64,000 nt of DNA from positions 209,436,001-209,500,000 of the forward strand of contig OZ024741.1 of NCBI GenBank assembly GCA_964016885.1. Direction: 5' to 3'. Origin of the DNA: Eledone cirrhosa. Its lineage: Eukaryota. The translations under genes were made by a program, and so were the position numbers. Within the stretch, counting starts at the first letter, position 1. Each line of letters opens with the position of its first letter. This document shows positions 10,601-23,900 of this stretch, piece by piece. A model generated the notes under the pieces. The model did no database searches, was not told the origin of the DNA, and saw nothing but the letters and a program-made list of their open reading frames with translations.

Positions 10601-13600
10601 TAACTTAACCGCAACCTAACTTAACCCCAACTTAACTTAACCGCAACTTAACTTAACCCCAACCTAAATTAACTCCAACTTAACTTAACCGCAACTTAAC
10701 TTAACCGCAACCTAACTTAACCCCAACTTAATTTAACCGCAACTTAACTTAACCGCAACTTAGCTTAACCCCAGCCCTTGGTGGGATCGATCTGTAATTA
10801 CTGGTACATGTGCAGACACTCATTGGCTGTGTGTGGCCTGATTTTCAGAAAGATATCTCCTTAAAATAACGAGTGGTGGCTGCGTAAAATAATGAATTAC
10901 GCACGAAAATGAGAAAATTTCGATTCTCGATCGTGGGCCGGCCGGATGTCGCATCGATTCGTAAATAGAAGGATAATGTGCGGACACTCCTTGGCTGTGT
11001 GCGGCATGATTTTCAGGACGATATTTCCGTAAAATCAAGAGTTGATAACCCCAACTTAACTTAACCCCAACTTAACTTAACCCCAACTTAACTTAACCCC
11101 AACTTAACTTAACCGCAACTTAACTTAACCGCAACCTAACTTAACCCCAACTTAACTTAACCGCAACCTAACTTAACCACAACTTAACTTAACCGCAACT
11201 TAACTTAACCCCAACCTAACTTAACCCCAACTTAACTTAACCGCAACTTAACTTAACCGCAACCTAACTTAACCCCAACTTAACTTAACCGCAACTTAAC
11301 TTAACCGCAACTTAGCTTAACCCCAACCCTTGGTGGGATCGATCTGTAATTACTGGTACATGTGCAGACACTCATTGGCTGTGTGTGGCCTGATTTTCAG
11401 AAAGATATCTCCGTAAAATAACGAGTGGTGGCTGCGTAAAATAATGAATTACACACGAAAATGAGAAAATTTCGATTCTCGATCGTGGGCCGGCCGGATG
11501 TCGGATCGATTCGTAAATACAAGGATAATGTGCGGACACTCCTTGGCTGTGTGCGGCATGATTTTCAGGACGATATCTCCGTAAAATCAAGAGTTGATAA
11601 CCCCAACTTAACTTAACCCCAACTTAACTTAACCGCAACTTAACTTAACCGCAACCTAACTTAACCCCAACTTAACTTAACCGCAACCTAACTTAACCCC
11701 AACTTAGCTTAACCGCAACTTAACTTAACCCCAACCTAACTTAACCCCAACTTAACTTAACCGCAACTTAACTTAACCGCAACCTAACTTAACCCCAACT
11801 TAACTTAACCGCAACTTAACTTAACCGCAACTTAGCTTAACCCCAACCTTTGGTGGGATCGATCTGTAATTACTGGTACATGTGCAGACACTCATTGGCT
11901 GTGTGTGGCCTGATTTTCAGAAAGATATCTCCGTAAAATAACGAGTGGTGGCTGCGTAAAATAATGAATTACGCACGAAAATGAGAAAATTTCGATTCTC
12001 GATTGTGGGCCGGCCGGATGTCGGATCGATTCGTAAATACAAGGATAATGTGCGGACACTCCTTGGCTGTGTGCGGCATGATTTTCAGGACGATATCTCC
12101 GTAAAATCAAGAGTTGATAACCCCAACTTAACTTAACCCCAACTTAACTTAACCGCAACTTAACTTAACCGCAACCTAACTTAACCCCAACTTAACTTAA
12201 CCGCAACCTAACTTAACCCCAACTTAACTTAACCGCAACTTAACTTAACCCCAACCTAACTTAACCCCAACTTAACTTAACCGCAACTTAACTTAACCGC
12301 AACCTAACTTAACCCTAACTTAACTTAACCGCAACTTAACTTAACCGCAACTTAGCTTAACCCCAACCCTTGGTGGGATCGATCTGTAATTACTGGTACA
12401 TGTGCAGACACTCATTGGCTGTGTGTGGCCTGATTTTCAGAAAGATATCTCCGTAAAATAACGAGTGGTGGCTGCGTAAAATAATGAATTACGCACGAAA
12501 ATGAGAAAATTTCGATTCTCGATCGTGGGCCGGCCGGATGTCGGATCGATTCGTAAATACAAGGATAATGTGCGGACACTCCTTGCCTGTGTGCCGCATG
12601 ATTTTCAGGACGATATCTCCGTAAAATCAAGAGTTGATAACCCCAACTTAACTTAACCCCAACTTAACTTAACCGCAACTTAACTTAACCGCAACCTAAC
12701 TTAACCCCAACTTAACTTAACCGCAACCTAACTTAACCCCAACTTAACTTAACCGCAACTTAACTTAACCCCAACCTAACTTAACCCCAACTTAACTTAA
12801 CCGCAACTTAACTTAACCGCAACCTAACTTAACCCCAACTTAACTTAACCGCAACTTAACTTAACCGCAACTTAGCTTAACCCCAACCCTTGGTGGGATC
12901 GATCTGTAATTACTGGTACATGTGCAGACACTCATTGGCTGTGTGTGGCCTGATTTTCAGAAAGATATCTCCGTAAAATAACGAGTGGTGGCTGCGTAAA
13001 ATAATGAATTACGCACGAAAATGAGAAAATTTCGATTCTCGATCGTGGGCCGGCCGGATGTCGGATCGATTCGTAAATACAAGGATAATGTGCGGACACT
13101 CCTTGGCTGTGTGCGGCATGATTTTCAGGACGATATCTCCGTAAAATCAAGCGTTGATAACCCCAACTTAACTTAACCCCAACTTAACTTAACCGCAACT
13201 TAACTTAACCGCAACCTAACTTAACCCCAACTTAACTTAACCGCAACCTAACTTAACCCCAACTTAACTTAACCGCAACTTAACTTAACCCCAACCTAAC
13301 TTAACCCCAACTTAACTTAACCGCAACTTAACTTAACCGCAACCTAACTTAACCCTAACTTAACTTAACCGCAACTTAACTTAACCGCAACTTAGCTTAA
13401 CCCCAACCCTTGGTGGGATCGATCTGTAATTACTGGTACATGTGCAGACACTCATTGGCTGTGTGTGGCCTGATTTTCAGAAAGATGTCTCCGTAAAATA
13501 ACGAGTGGTGGCTGCGTAAATTAATGAATTACGCACGAAAATGAGAAAATTTCGATTCTCGATCGTGGGCCGGCCGGATGTCGGATCGATTCGTAAATAC

Positions 13601-16600
13601 AATGATAATGTGCGGACACTCCTTGCCTGTGTGCCGCATGATTTTCAGGACGATATCTCCGTAAAATCAAGAGTTGATAACCCCAACTTAACTTAACCCC
13701 AACTTAACTTAACCGCAACTTAACTTAACCGCAACCTAACTTAACCCCAACTTAACTTAACCGCAACCTAACTTAACCCCAACTTAACTTAACCGCAACT
13801 TAACTTAACCCCAACCTAACTTAACCCCAACTTAACTTAACCGCAACTTAACTTAACCGCAACCTAACTTAACCCCAACTTAACTTAACCGCAACTTAAC
13901 TTAACCGCAACTTAGCTTAACCCCAACCCTTGGTGGGATCGATCTGTAATTACTGGTACATGTGCAGACACTCATTGGCTGTGTGTGGCCTGATTTTCAG
14001 AAAGATATCTCCGTAAAATAACGAGTGGTGGCTGCGTAAAATAATGAATTACGCACGAAAATGAGAAAATTTCGATTCTCGATCGTGGGCCGGCCGGATG
14101 TCGGATCGATTCGTAAATACAAGGATAATGTGCGGACACTCCTTGGCTGTGTGCGGCATGATTTTCAGGACGATATCTCCGTAAAATCAAGAGTTGATAA
14201 CCCCAACTTAACTTAACCGCAACTTAACTTAACCGCAACCTAACTTAACCCCAACTTAACTTAACCGCAACTTAACTTAACCGCAACTTAGCTTAACCCC
14301 AACCCTTGGTGGGATCGATCTGTAATTACTGGTACATGTGCAGACACTCATTGGCTGTGTGTGGCCTGATTTTCAGAAAGATATCTCCGTAAAATAACGA
14401 GTGGTGGCTGCGTAAAATAATGAATTACGCACGAAAATGAGAAAATTTCGATTCTCGATCGTGGGCCGGCCGGATGTCGGATCGATTCGTTAATACAAGG
14501 ATAATGTGCGGACACTCCTTGCCTGTGTGCCGCATGATTTTCAGGACGATATCTCCGTAAAATCAAGAGTTGATAACCCCAACTTAACTTAACCCCAACT
14601 TAACTTAACCGCAACTTAACTTAACCGCAACCTAACTTAACCCCAACTTAACTTAACCGCAACCTAACTTAACCCAAACTTAACTTAACCGCAACTTAAC
14701 TTAACCCCAACCTAACTTAACCCCAACTTAACTTAACCGCAACTTAACTTAACCGCAACCTAACTTAACCCCAACTTAACTTAACCGCAACTTAACTTAA
14801 CCGCAACCTAGCTTAACCCCAACCCTTGGTGGGATCGATCTGTAATTACTGGTACATGTGCAGACACTCATTGGCTGTGTGTGGCCTGATTTTCAGAAAG
14901 ATATCTCCGTAAAATAACGAGTGGTGGCTGCGTAAAATAATGAATTACGCACGAAAATGAGAAAATTTCGATTCTCGATCGTGGGCCGGCCGGATGTCGG
15001 ATCGATTCGTAAATACAAGGATAATGTGCGGACACTCCTTGGCTGTGTGCGGCATGATTTTCAGGACGATATCTCCGTAAAATCAAGAGTTGATAACCCC
15101 AACTTAACTTAACCCCAACTTAACTTAACCGCAACTTAACTTAACCGCAACCTAACTTAACCCCAACTTAACTTAACCGCAACCTAACTTAACCCAAACT
15201 TAACTTAACCGCAACTTAACTTAACCCCAACCTAACTTAACCCCAACTTAACTTAACCGCAACTTAACTTAACCGCAACCTAACTTAACCCCAACTTAAC
15301 TTAACCGCAACTTAACCCCAACTTAGCTTAACCCCAACCCTTGGTGGGATCGATCTGTAATTACTGGTACATGTGCAGACACTCATTGGCTGTGTGTGGC
15401 CTGATTTTTAGAAAGATATCTCCGTAAAATAACGAGTGGTGGCTGCGTAAAATAATGAATTACGCACGAAAATGAGAAAATTTCGATTCTCGATCGTGGG
15501 CCGGCCGGATGTCGGATCGATTCGTAAATACAAGGATAATGTGCGGACACTCCTTGGCTGTGTGCGGCATGATTTTCAGGACGATATCTCCGTAAAATCA
15601 AGAGTTGATAACCCCAACTTAACTTAACCCCAACTTAACTTAACCGCAACTTTACTTAACCGCAACCTAACTTAACCCCAACTTAACTTAACCGCAACCT
15701 AACTTAGCCCCAACTTAACTTAACCCCAACTTAACTTAACCCCAACCTAACTTAACCCCAACTTAACTTAACCGCAACTTAACTTAACCGCAACCTAACT
15801 TAACCCCAACTTAAATTAACCGCAACTTAACTTAACCGCAACTTAGCTTAACCCCAACCCTTGGTGGGATCGATCTGTAATTACTGGTACATGTGCAGAC
15901 ACTCATTGGCTGTGTGTGGCCTGATTTTCAGAAAGATATCTCCGTAAAATAACGAGTGGTGGCTGCGTAAAATAATGAATTACGCACGAAAATGAGAAAA
16001 TTTCGATTCTCGATCGTGGGCCGGCCGGATGTCGGATCGATTCGTAAATACAAGGATAATGTGCGGACACTCCTTGGCTGTGTGCGGCATGATTTTCAGG
16101 ACGATATCTCCGTAAAATCAAGAGTTGATAACCCCAACTTAACTTAACCCCAACTTAACTTAACCGCAACTTAACTTAACCGCAACCTAACTTAACCCCA
16201 ACTTAACTTAACCGCAACCTAACTTAACCCCAACTTAACTTAACCGCAACTTAACTTAACCCCAACTTAACTTAACCCCAACTTAACTTAACCGCAACTT
16301 AACTTAACCGCAACCTAACTTAACCCCAACTTAACTTAACCGCAACTTAACTTAACCGCAACTTAGCTTAACCCCAACCCTTGGTGGGATCGATCTGTAA
16401 TTACTGGTATATGTGCAGACACTCATTGGCTGTGTGTGGCCTGATTTTCAGAAAGATATCTCCGTAAAATAACGAGTGGTGGCTGCGTAAAATAATGAAT
16501 TACGCACGAAAATGAGAAAATTTCCATTCTCGATCGTGGGCCGGCCGGATGTCGGATCGATTCGTAAATACAAGGATAATGTGCGGACACTCCTTGGCTG

Positions 16601-17950
16601 TGTGCGGCATGATTTTCAGGACGATATCTCCGTAAAATCAAGAGTTGATAACCCCAACTTAACTTAACCCCAACTTAACTTAACCGCAACTTAACTTAAC
16701 CGCAACCTAACTTAACCCCAACTTAACTTAACCGCAACCTAACTTAACCCCAACTTAACTTAACCGCAACTTAACTTAACCCCAACCTAACTTAACCCCA
16801 ACTTAACTTAACCGCAACTTAACTTAACCGCAACCTAACTTAACCCCAACTTAACTTAACCGCAACTTAACTTAACCGCAACTTAGCTTAACCCCAACCC
16901 TTGGTGGGATCGATCTGTAATTACTGGTACATGTGCAGACACTCATTGGCTGTGTGTGGCCTGATTTTTAGAAAGATATCTCCGTAAAATAACGAGTGGT
17001 GGCTGCGTAAAATAATGAATTACGCACGAAAATGAGAAAATTTCTATTCTCGATCGTGGGCCGGCCGGATGTCGGATCGATTCGTAAATACAAGGATAAT
17101 GTGCGGACACTCCTTGGCTGTGTGCGGCATGATTTTCAGGACGATATCTCCGTAAAATCAAGAGTTGATAACCCCAACTTAACTTAACCCCAACTTAACT
17201 TAACCGCAACTTAACTTAACCGCAACCTAACTTAACCCCAACTTAACTTAACCGCAACCTAACTTAACCCCAACTTAACTTAACCGCAACTTAACTTAAC
17301 CCCAACCTAAATTAACTCCAACTTAACTTAACCGCAACTTAACTTAACCGCAACCTAACTTAACCCCAACTTAATTTAACCGCAACTTAACTTAACCGCA
17401 ACTTAGCTTAACCCCAGCCCTTGGTGGGATCGATCTGTAATTACTGGTACATGTGCAGACACTCATTGGCTGTGTGTGGCCTGATTTTCAGAAAGATATC
17501 TCCTTAAAATAACGAGTGGTGGCTGCGTAAAATAATGAATTACGCACGAAAATGAGAAAATTTCGATTCTCGATCGTGGGCCGGCCGGATGTCGCATCGA
17601 TTCGTAAATAGAAGGATAATGTGCGGACACTCCTTGGCTGTGTGCGGCATGATTTTCAGGACGATATTTCCGTAAAATCAAGAGTTGATAACCCCAACTT
17701 AACTTAACCCCAACTTAACTTAACCCCAACTTAACTTAACCGCAACTTAACTTAACCGCAACCTAACTTAACCCCAACTTAACTTAACCGCAACCTAACT
17801 TAACCACAACTTAACTTAACCGCAACTTAACTTAACCCCAACCTAACTTAACCCCAACTTAACTTAACCGCAACTTAACTTAACCGCAACCTAACTTAAC
17901 CCCAACTTAACTTAACCGCAACTTAACTTAACCGCAACTTAGCTTAACCC
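4645..17950. repeat. ~13-kb block duplicated at ~49057-62360 (offset ~43.4-44.4 kb)
   Basis: Rare markers are shared in the same order: CGTTAAT (14491/57863), 5-bp deletion (15309/58681 and 59716), TTTTTAGAA, TTTCCATT (16525/60932) and a 536-bp K monomer (17463/61870). Boundaries are approximate. Confidence 0.85.
5165..5716. repeat. Representative long (552-bp) 'K-class' monomer with 17 minisatellite units
   Basis: Core variants GTCGCATCG, AATAGAAGG and GATATTTCC; the tract begins a a a (two extra units) and contains AACCACAAC. I counted 15 K-class cores (anchors 2268, 5212, 10820, 17463, 19040, 20144, 21736, 26448, 32432, 38040, 41760, 44912, 49624, 54192, 61870). Most are followed by 17 units, some by 16 (536 bp) or 14 (504 bp). 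Confidence 0.92.
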
Positions 17951-20900
17951 CAACCCTTGGTGGGATCGATCTGTAATTACTGGTACATGTGCAGACACTC
18001 ATTGGCTGTGTGTGGCCTGATTTTCAGAAAGATATCTCCGTAAAATAACGAGTGGTGGCTGCGTAAAATAATGAATTACACACGAAAATGAGAAAATTTC
18101 GATTCTCGATCGTGGGCCGGCCGGATGTCGGATCGATTCGTAAATACAAGGATAATGTGCGGACACTCCTTGGCTGTGTGCGGCATGATTTTCAGGACGA
18201 TATCTCCGTAAAATCAACAGTTGATAACCCCAACTTAACTTAACCCCAACTTAACTTAACCGCAACTTAACTTAACCGCAACCTAACTTAACCCCAACTT
18301 AACTTAACCGCAATCTAACTTAACCCCAACTTAGCTTAACCGCAACTTAACTTAACCCCAACCTAACTTAACCCCAACTTAACTTAACCGCAACTTAACT
18401 TAACCGCAACCTAACTTAACCCCAACTTAACTTAACCGCAACTTAACTTAACCGCAACTTAGCTTAACCCCAACCCTTGGTGGGATCGATCTGTAATTAC
18501 TGGTACATGTGCAGACACTCATTGGCTGTGTGTGGCCTGATTTTCAGAAAGATATCTCCGTAAAATAACGAGTGGTGGCTGCGTAAAATAATGAATTACG
18601 CACGAAAATGAGAAAATTTCTATTCTCGATCGTGGGCCGGCCGGATGTCGGATCGATTCGTAAATACAAGGATAATGTGCGGACACTCCTTGGCTGTGTG
18701 CGGCATGATTTTCAGGACGATATCTCCGTAAAATCAAGAGTTGATAACCCCAACTTAACTTAACCCCAACTTAACTTAACCGCAACTTAACTTAACCGCA
18801 ACCTAACTTAACCCCCAACTTAACTTAACCGCAACCTAACTTAACCCCAACTTAACTTAACCGCAACTTAACTTAACCCCAACCTAAATTAACTCCAACT
18901 TAACTTAACCGCAACTTAACTTAACCGCAACCTAACTTAACCCCAACTTAATTTAACCGCAACTTAACTTAACCGCAACTTAGCTTAACCCCAGCCCTTG
19001 GTGGGATCGATCTGTAATTACTGGTACATGTGCAGACACTCATTGGCTGTGTGTGGCCTGATTTTCAGAAAGATATCTCCTTAAAATAACGAGTGGTGGC
19101 TGCGTAAAATAATGAATTACGCACGAAAATGAGAAAATTTCGATTCTCGATCGTGGGCCGGCCGGATGTCGCATCGATTCGTAAATAGAAGGATAATGTG
19201 CGGACACTCCTTGGCTGTGTGCGGCATGATTTTCAGGACGATATTTCCGTAAAATCAAGAGTTGATAACCCCAACTTAACTTAACCCCAACTTAACTTAA
19301 CCCCAACTTAACTTAACCGCAACTTAACTTAACCGCAACCTAACTTAACCCCAACTTAACTTAACCGCAACCTAACTTAACCACAACTTAACTTAACCGC
19401 AACTTAACTTAACCCCAACCTAACTTAACCCCAACTTAACTTAACCGCAACTTAACTTAACCGCAACCTAACTTAACCCCAACTTAACTTAACCGCAACT
19501 TAACTTAACCGCAACTTAGCTTAACCCCAACCCTTGGTGGGATCGATCTGTAATTACTGGTACATGTGCAGACACTCATTGGCTGTGTGTGGCCTGATTT
19601 TCAGAAAGATATCTCTGTAAAATAACGAGTGGTGGCTGCGTAAAATAATGAATTACACACGAAAATGAGAAAATTTCGATTCTCGATCGTGGGCCGGCCG
19701 GATGTCGGATCGATTCGTAAATACAAGGATAATGTGCGGACACTCCTTGGCTGTGTGCGGCATGATTTTCAGGACGATATCTCCGTAAAATCAACAGTTG
19801 ATAACCCCAACTTAACTTAACCCCAACTTAACTTAACCGCAACTTAACTTAACCGCAACCTAACTTAACCCCAACTTAACTTAACCGCAATCTAACTTAA
19901 CCCCAACTTAGCTTAACCGCAACTTAACTTAACCCCAACCTAACTTAACCCCAACTTAACTTAACCGCAACTTAACTTAACCCCAACCTAAATTAACTCC
20001 AACTTAACTTAACCGCAACTTAACTTAACCGCAACCTAACTTAACCCCAACTTAATTTAACCGCAACTTAACTTAACCGCAACTTAGCTTAACCCCAGCC
20101 CTTGGTGGGATCGATCTGTAATTACTGGTACATGTGCAGACACTCATTGGCTGTGTGTGGCCTGATTTTCAGAAAGATATCTCCGTAAAATAACGAGTGG
20201 TGGCTGCGTAAAATAATGAATTACGCACGAAAATGAGAAAATTTCGATTCTCGATCGTGGGCCGGCCGGATGTCGCATCGATTCGTAAATAGAAGGATAA
20301 TGTGCGGACACTCCTTGGCTGTGTGCGGCATGATTTTCAGGACGATATTTCCGTAAAATCAAGAGTTGATAACCCCAACTTAACTTAACCCCAACTTAAC
20401 TTAACCCCAACTTAACTTAACCCCAACTTAACTTAACCGCAACTTAACTTAACCGCAACCTAACTTAACCCCAACTTAACTTAACCGCAACCTAACTTAA
20501 CCACAACTTAACTTAACCGCAACTTAACTTAACCCCAACCTAACTTAACCCCAACTTAACTTAACCGCAACTTAACTTAACCGCAACCTAACTTAACCCC
20601 AACTTAACTTAACCGCAACTTAACTTAACCGCAACTTAGCTTAACCCCAACCCTTGGTGGGATCGATCTGTAATTACTGGTACATGTGCAGACACTCATT
20701 GGCTGTGTGTGGCCTGATTTTCAGAAAGATGTCTCCGTAAAATAACGAGTGGTGGCTGCGTAAATTAATGAATTACGCACGAAAATGAGAAAATTTCGAT
20801 TCTCGATCGTGGGCCGGCCGGATGTCGGATCGATTCGTAAATACAATGATAATGTGCGGACACTCCTTGCCTGTGTGCCGCATGATTTTCAGGACGATAT

Positions 20901-23900
20901 CTCCGTAAAATCAAGAGTTGATAACCCCAACTTAACTTAACCCCAACTTAACTTAACCGCAACTTAACTTAACCGCAACCTAACTTAACCCCAACTTAAC
21001 TTAACCGCAACCTAACTTAACCCCAACTTAACTTAACCGCAACTTAACTTAACCCCAACCTAACTTAACCCCAACTTAACTTAACCGCAACTTAACTTAA
21101 CCGCAACCTAACTTAACCCCAACTTAACTTAACCGCAACTTAACTTAACCGCAACTTAGCTTAACCCCAACCCTTGGTGGGATCGATCTGTAATTACTGG
21201 TACATGTGCAGACACTCATTGGCTGTGTGTGGCCTGATTTTCAGAAAGATATCTCCGTAAAATAACGAGTGGTGGCTGCGTAAAATAATGAATTACGCAC
21301 GAAAATGAGAAAATTTCGATTCTCGATCGTGGGCCGGCCGGATGTCGGATCGATTCGTAAATACAAGGATAATGTGCGGACACTCCTTGGCTGTGTGCGG
21401 CATGATTTTCAGGACGATATCTCCGTAAAATCAAGAGTTGATAACCCCAACTTAACTTAACCCCAACTTAACTTAACCGCAACTTAACTTAACCGCAACC
21501 TAACTTAACCCCAACTTCACTTAACCGCAACCTAACTTAACCCCAACTTAACTTAACCGCAACTTAACTTAACCCCAACCTAAATTAACTCCAACTTAAC
21601 TTAACCGCAACTTAACTTAACCGCAACCTAACTTAACCCCAACTTAATTTAACCGCAACTTAACTTAACCGCAACTTAGCTTAACCCCAGCCCTTGGTGG
21701 GATCGATCTGTAATTACTGGTACATGTGCAGACACTCATTGGCTGTGTGTGGCCTGATTTTCAGAAAGATATCTCCGTAAAATAACGAGTGGTGGCTGCG
21801 TAAAATAATGAATTACGCACGAAAATGAGAAAATTTCGATTCTCGATCGTGGGCCGGCCGGATGTCGCATCGATTCGTAAATAGAAGGATAATGTGCGGA
21901 CACTCCTTGGCTGTGTGCGGCATGATTTTCAGGACGATATTTCCGTAAAATCAAGAGTTGATAACCCCAACTTAACTTAACCCCAACTTAACTTAACCCC
22001 AACTTAACTTAACCCCAACTTAACTTAACCGCAACTTAACTTAACCGCAACCTAACTTAACCCCAACTTAACTTAACCGCAACCTAACTTAACCACAACT
22101 TAACTTAACCGCAACTTAACTTAACCCCAACCTAACTTAACCCCAACTTAACTTAACCGCAACTTAACTTAACCGCAACCTAACTTAACCCCAACTTAAC
22201 TTAACCGCAACTTAACTTAACCGCAACTTAGCTTAACCCCAACCCTTGGTGGGATCGATCTGTAATTACTGGTACATGTGCAGACACTCATTGGCTGTGT
22301 GTGGCCTGATTTTCAGAAAGATATCTCCGTAAAATAACGAGTGGTGGCTGCGTAAAATAATGAATTACACACGAAAATGAGAAAATTTCGATTCTCGATC
22401 GTGGGCCGGCCGGATGTCGGATCGATTCGTAAATACAAGGATAATGTGCGGACACTCCTTGGCTGTGTGCGGCATGATTTTCAGGACGATATCTCCGTAA
22501 AATCAAGAGTTGATAACCCCAACTTAACTTAACCCCAACTTAACTTAACCGCAACTTAACTTAACCGCAACCTAACTTAACCCCAACTTAACTTAACCGC
22601 AACCTAACTTAACCCCAACTTAGCTTAACCGCAACTTAACTTAACCCCAACCTAACTTAACCCCAACTTAACTTAACCGCAACTTAACTTAACCGCAACC
22701 TAACTTAACCCCAACTTAACTTAACCGCAACTTAACTTAACCGCAACTTAGCTTAACCCCAACCCTTGGTGGGATCGATCTGTAATTACTGGTACATGTG
22801 CAGACACTCATTGGCTGTGTGTGGCCTGATTTTCAGAAAGATATCTCCGTAAAATAACGAGTGGTGGCTGCGTAAAATAATGAATTACGCACGAAAATGA
22901 GAAAATTTCGATTCTCGATTGTGGGCCGGCCGGATGTCGGATCGATTCGTAAATACAAGGATAATGTGCGGACACTCCTTGGCTGTGTGCGGCATGATTT
23001 TCAGGACGATATCTCCGTAAAATCAAGAGTTGATAACCCCAACTTAACTTAACCCCAACTTAACTTAACCGCAACTTAACTTAACCGCAACCTAACTTAA
23101 CCCCAACTTAACTTAACCGCAACCTAACTTAACCCCAACTTAACTTAACCGCAACTTAACTTAACCCCAACCTAACTTAACCCCAACTTAACTTAACCGC
23201 AACTTAACTTAACCGCAACCTAACTTAACCCTAACTTAACTTAACCGCAACTTAACTTAACCGCAACTTAGCTTAACCCCAACCCTTGGTGGGATCGATC
23301 TGTAATTACTGGTACATGTGCAGACACTCATTGGCTGTGTGTGGCCTGATTTTCAGAAAGATATCTCCGTAAAATAACGAGTGGTGGCTGCGTAAATTAA
23401 TGAATTACGCACGAAAATGAGAAAATTTCGATTCTCGATCGTGGGCCGGCCGGATGTCGGATCGATTCGTAAATACAAGGATAATGTGCGGACACTCCTT
23501 GCCTGTGTGCCGCATGATTTTCAGGACGATATCTCCGTAAAATCAAGAGTTGATAACCCCAACTTAACTTAACCCCAACTTAACTTAACCGCAACTTAAC
23601 TTAACCGCAACCTAACTTAACCCCAACTTAACTTAACCGCAACCTAACTTAACCCCAACTTAACTTAACCGCAACTTAACTTAACCCCAACCTAACTTAA
23701 CCCCAACTTAACTTAACCGCAACTTAACTTAACCGCAACCTAACTTAACCCCAACTTAACTTAACCGCAACTTAACTTAACCGCAACTTAGCTTAACCCC
23801 AACCCTTGGTGGGATCGATCTGTAATTACTGGTACATGTGCAGACACTCATTGGCTGTGTGTGGCCTGATTTTCAGAAAGATATCTCCGTAAAATAACGA

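Noticed and set aside
18812-18816. 521-bp monomer (CCCCC instead of CCCC)
   Set aside because: A singleton homopolymer +1 could be a sequencing or consensus error and is not interpretable.
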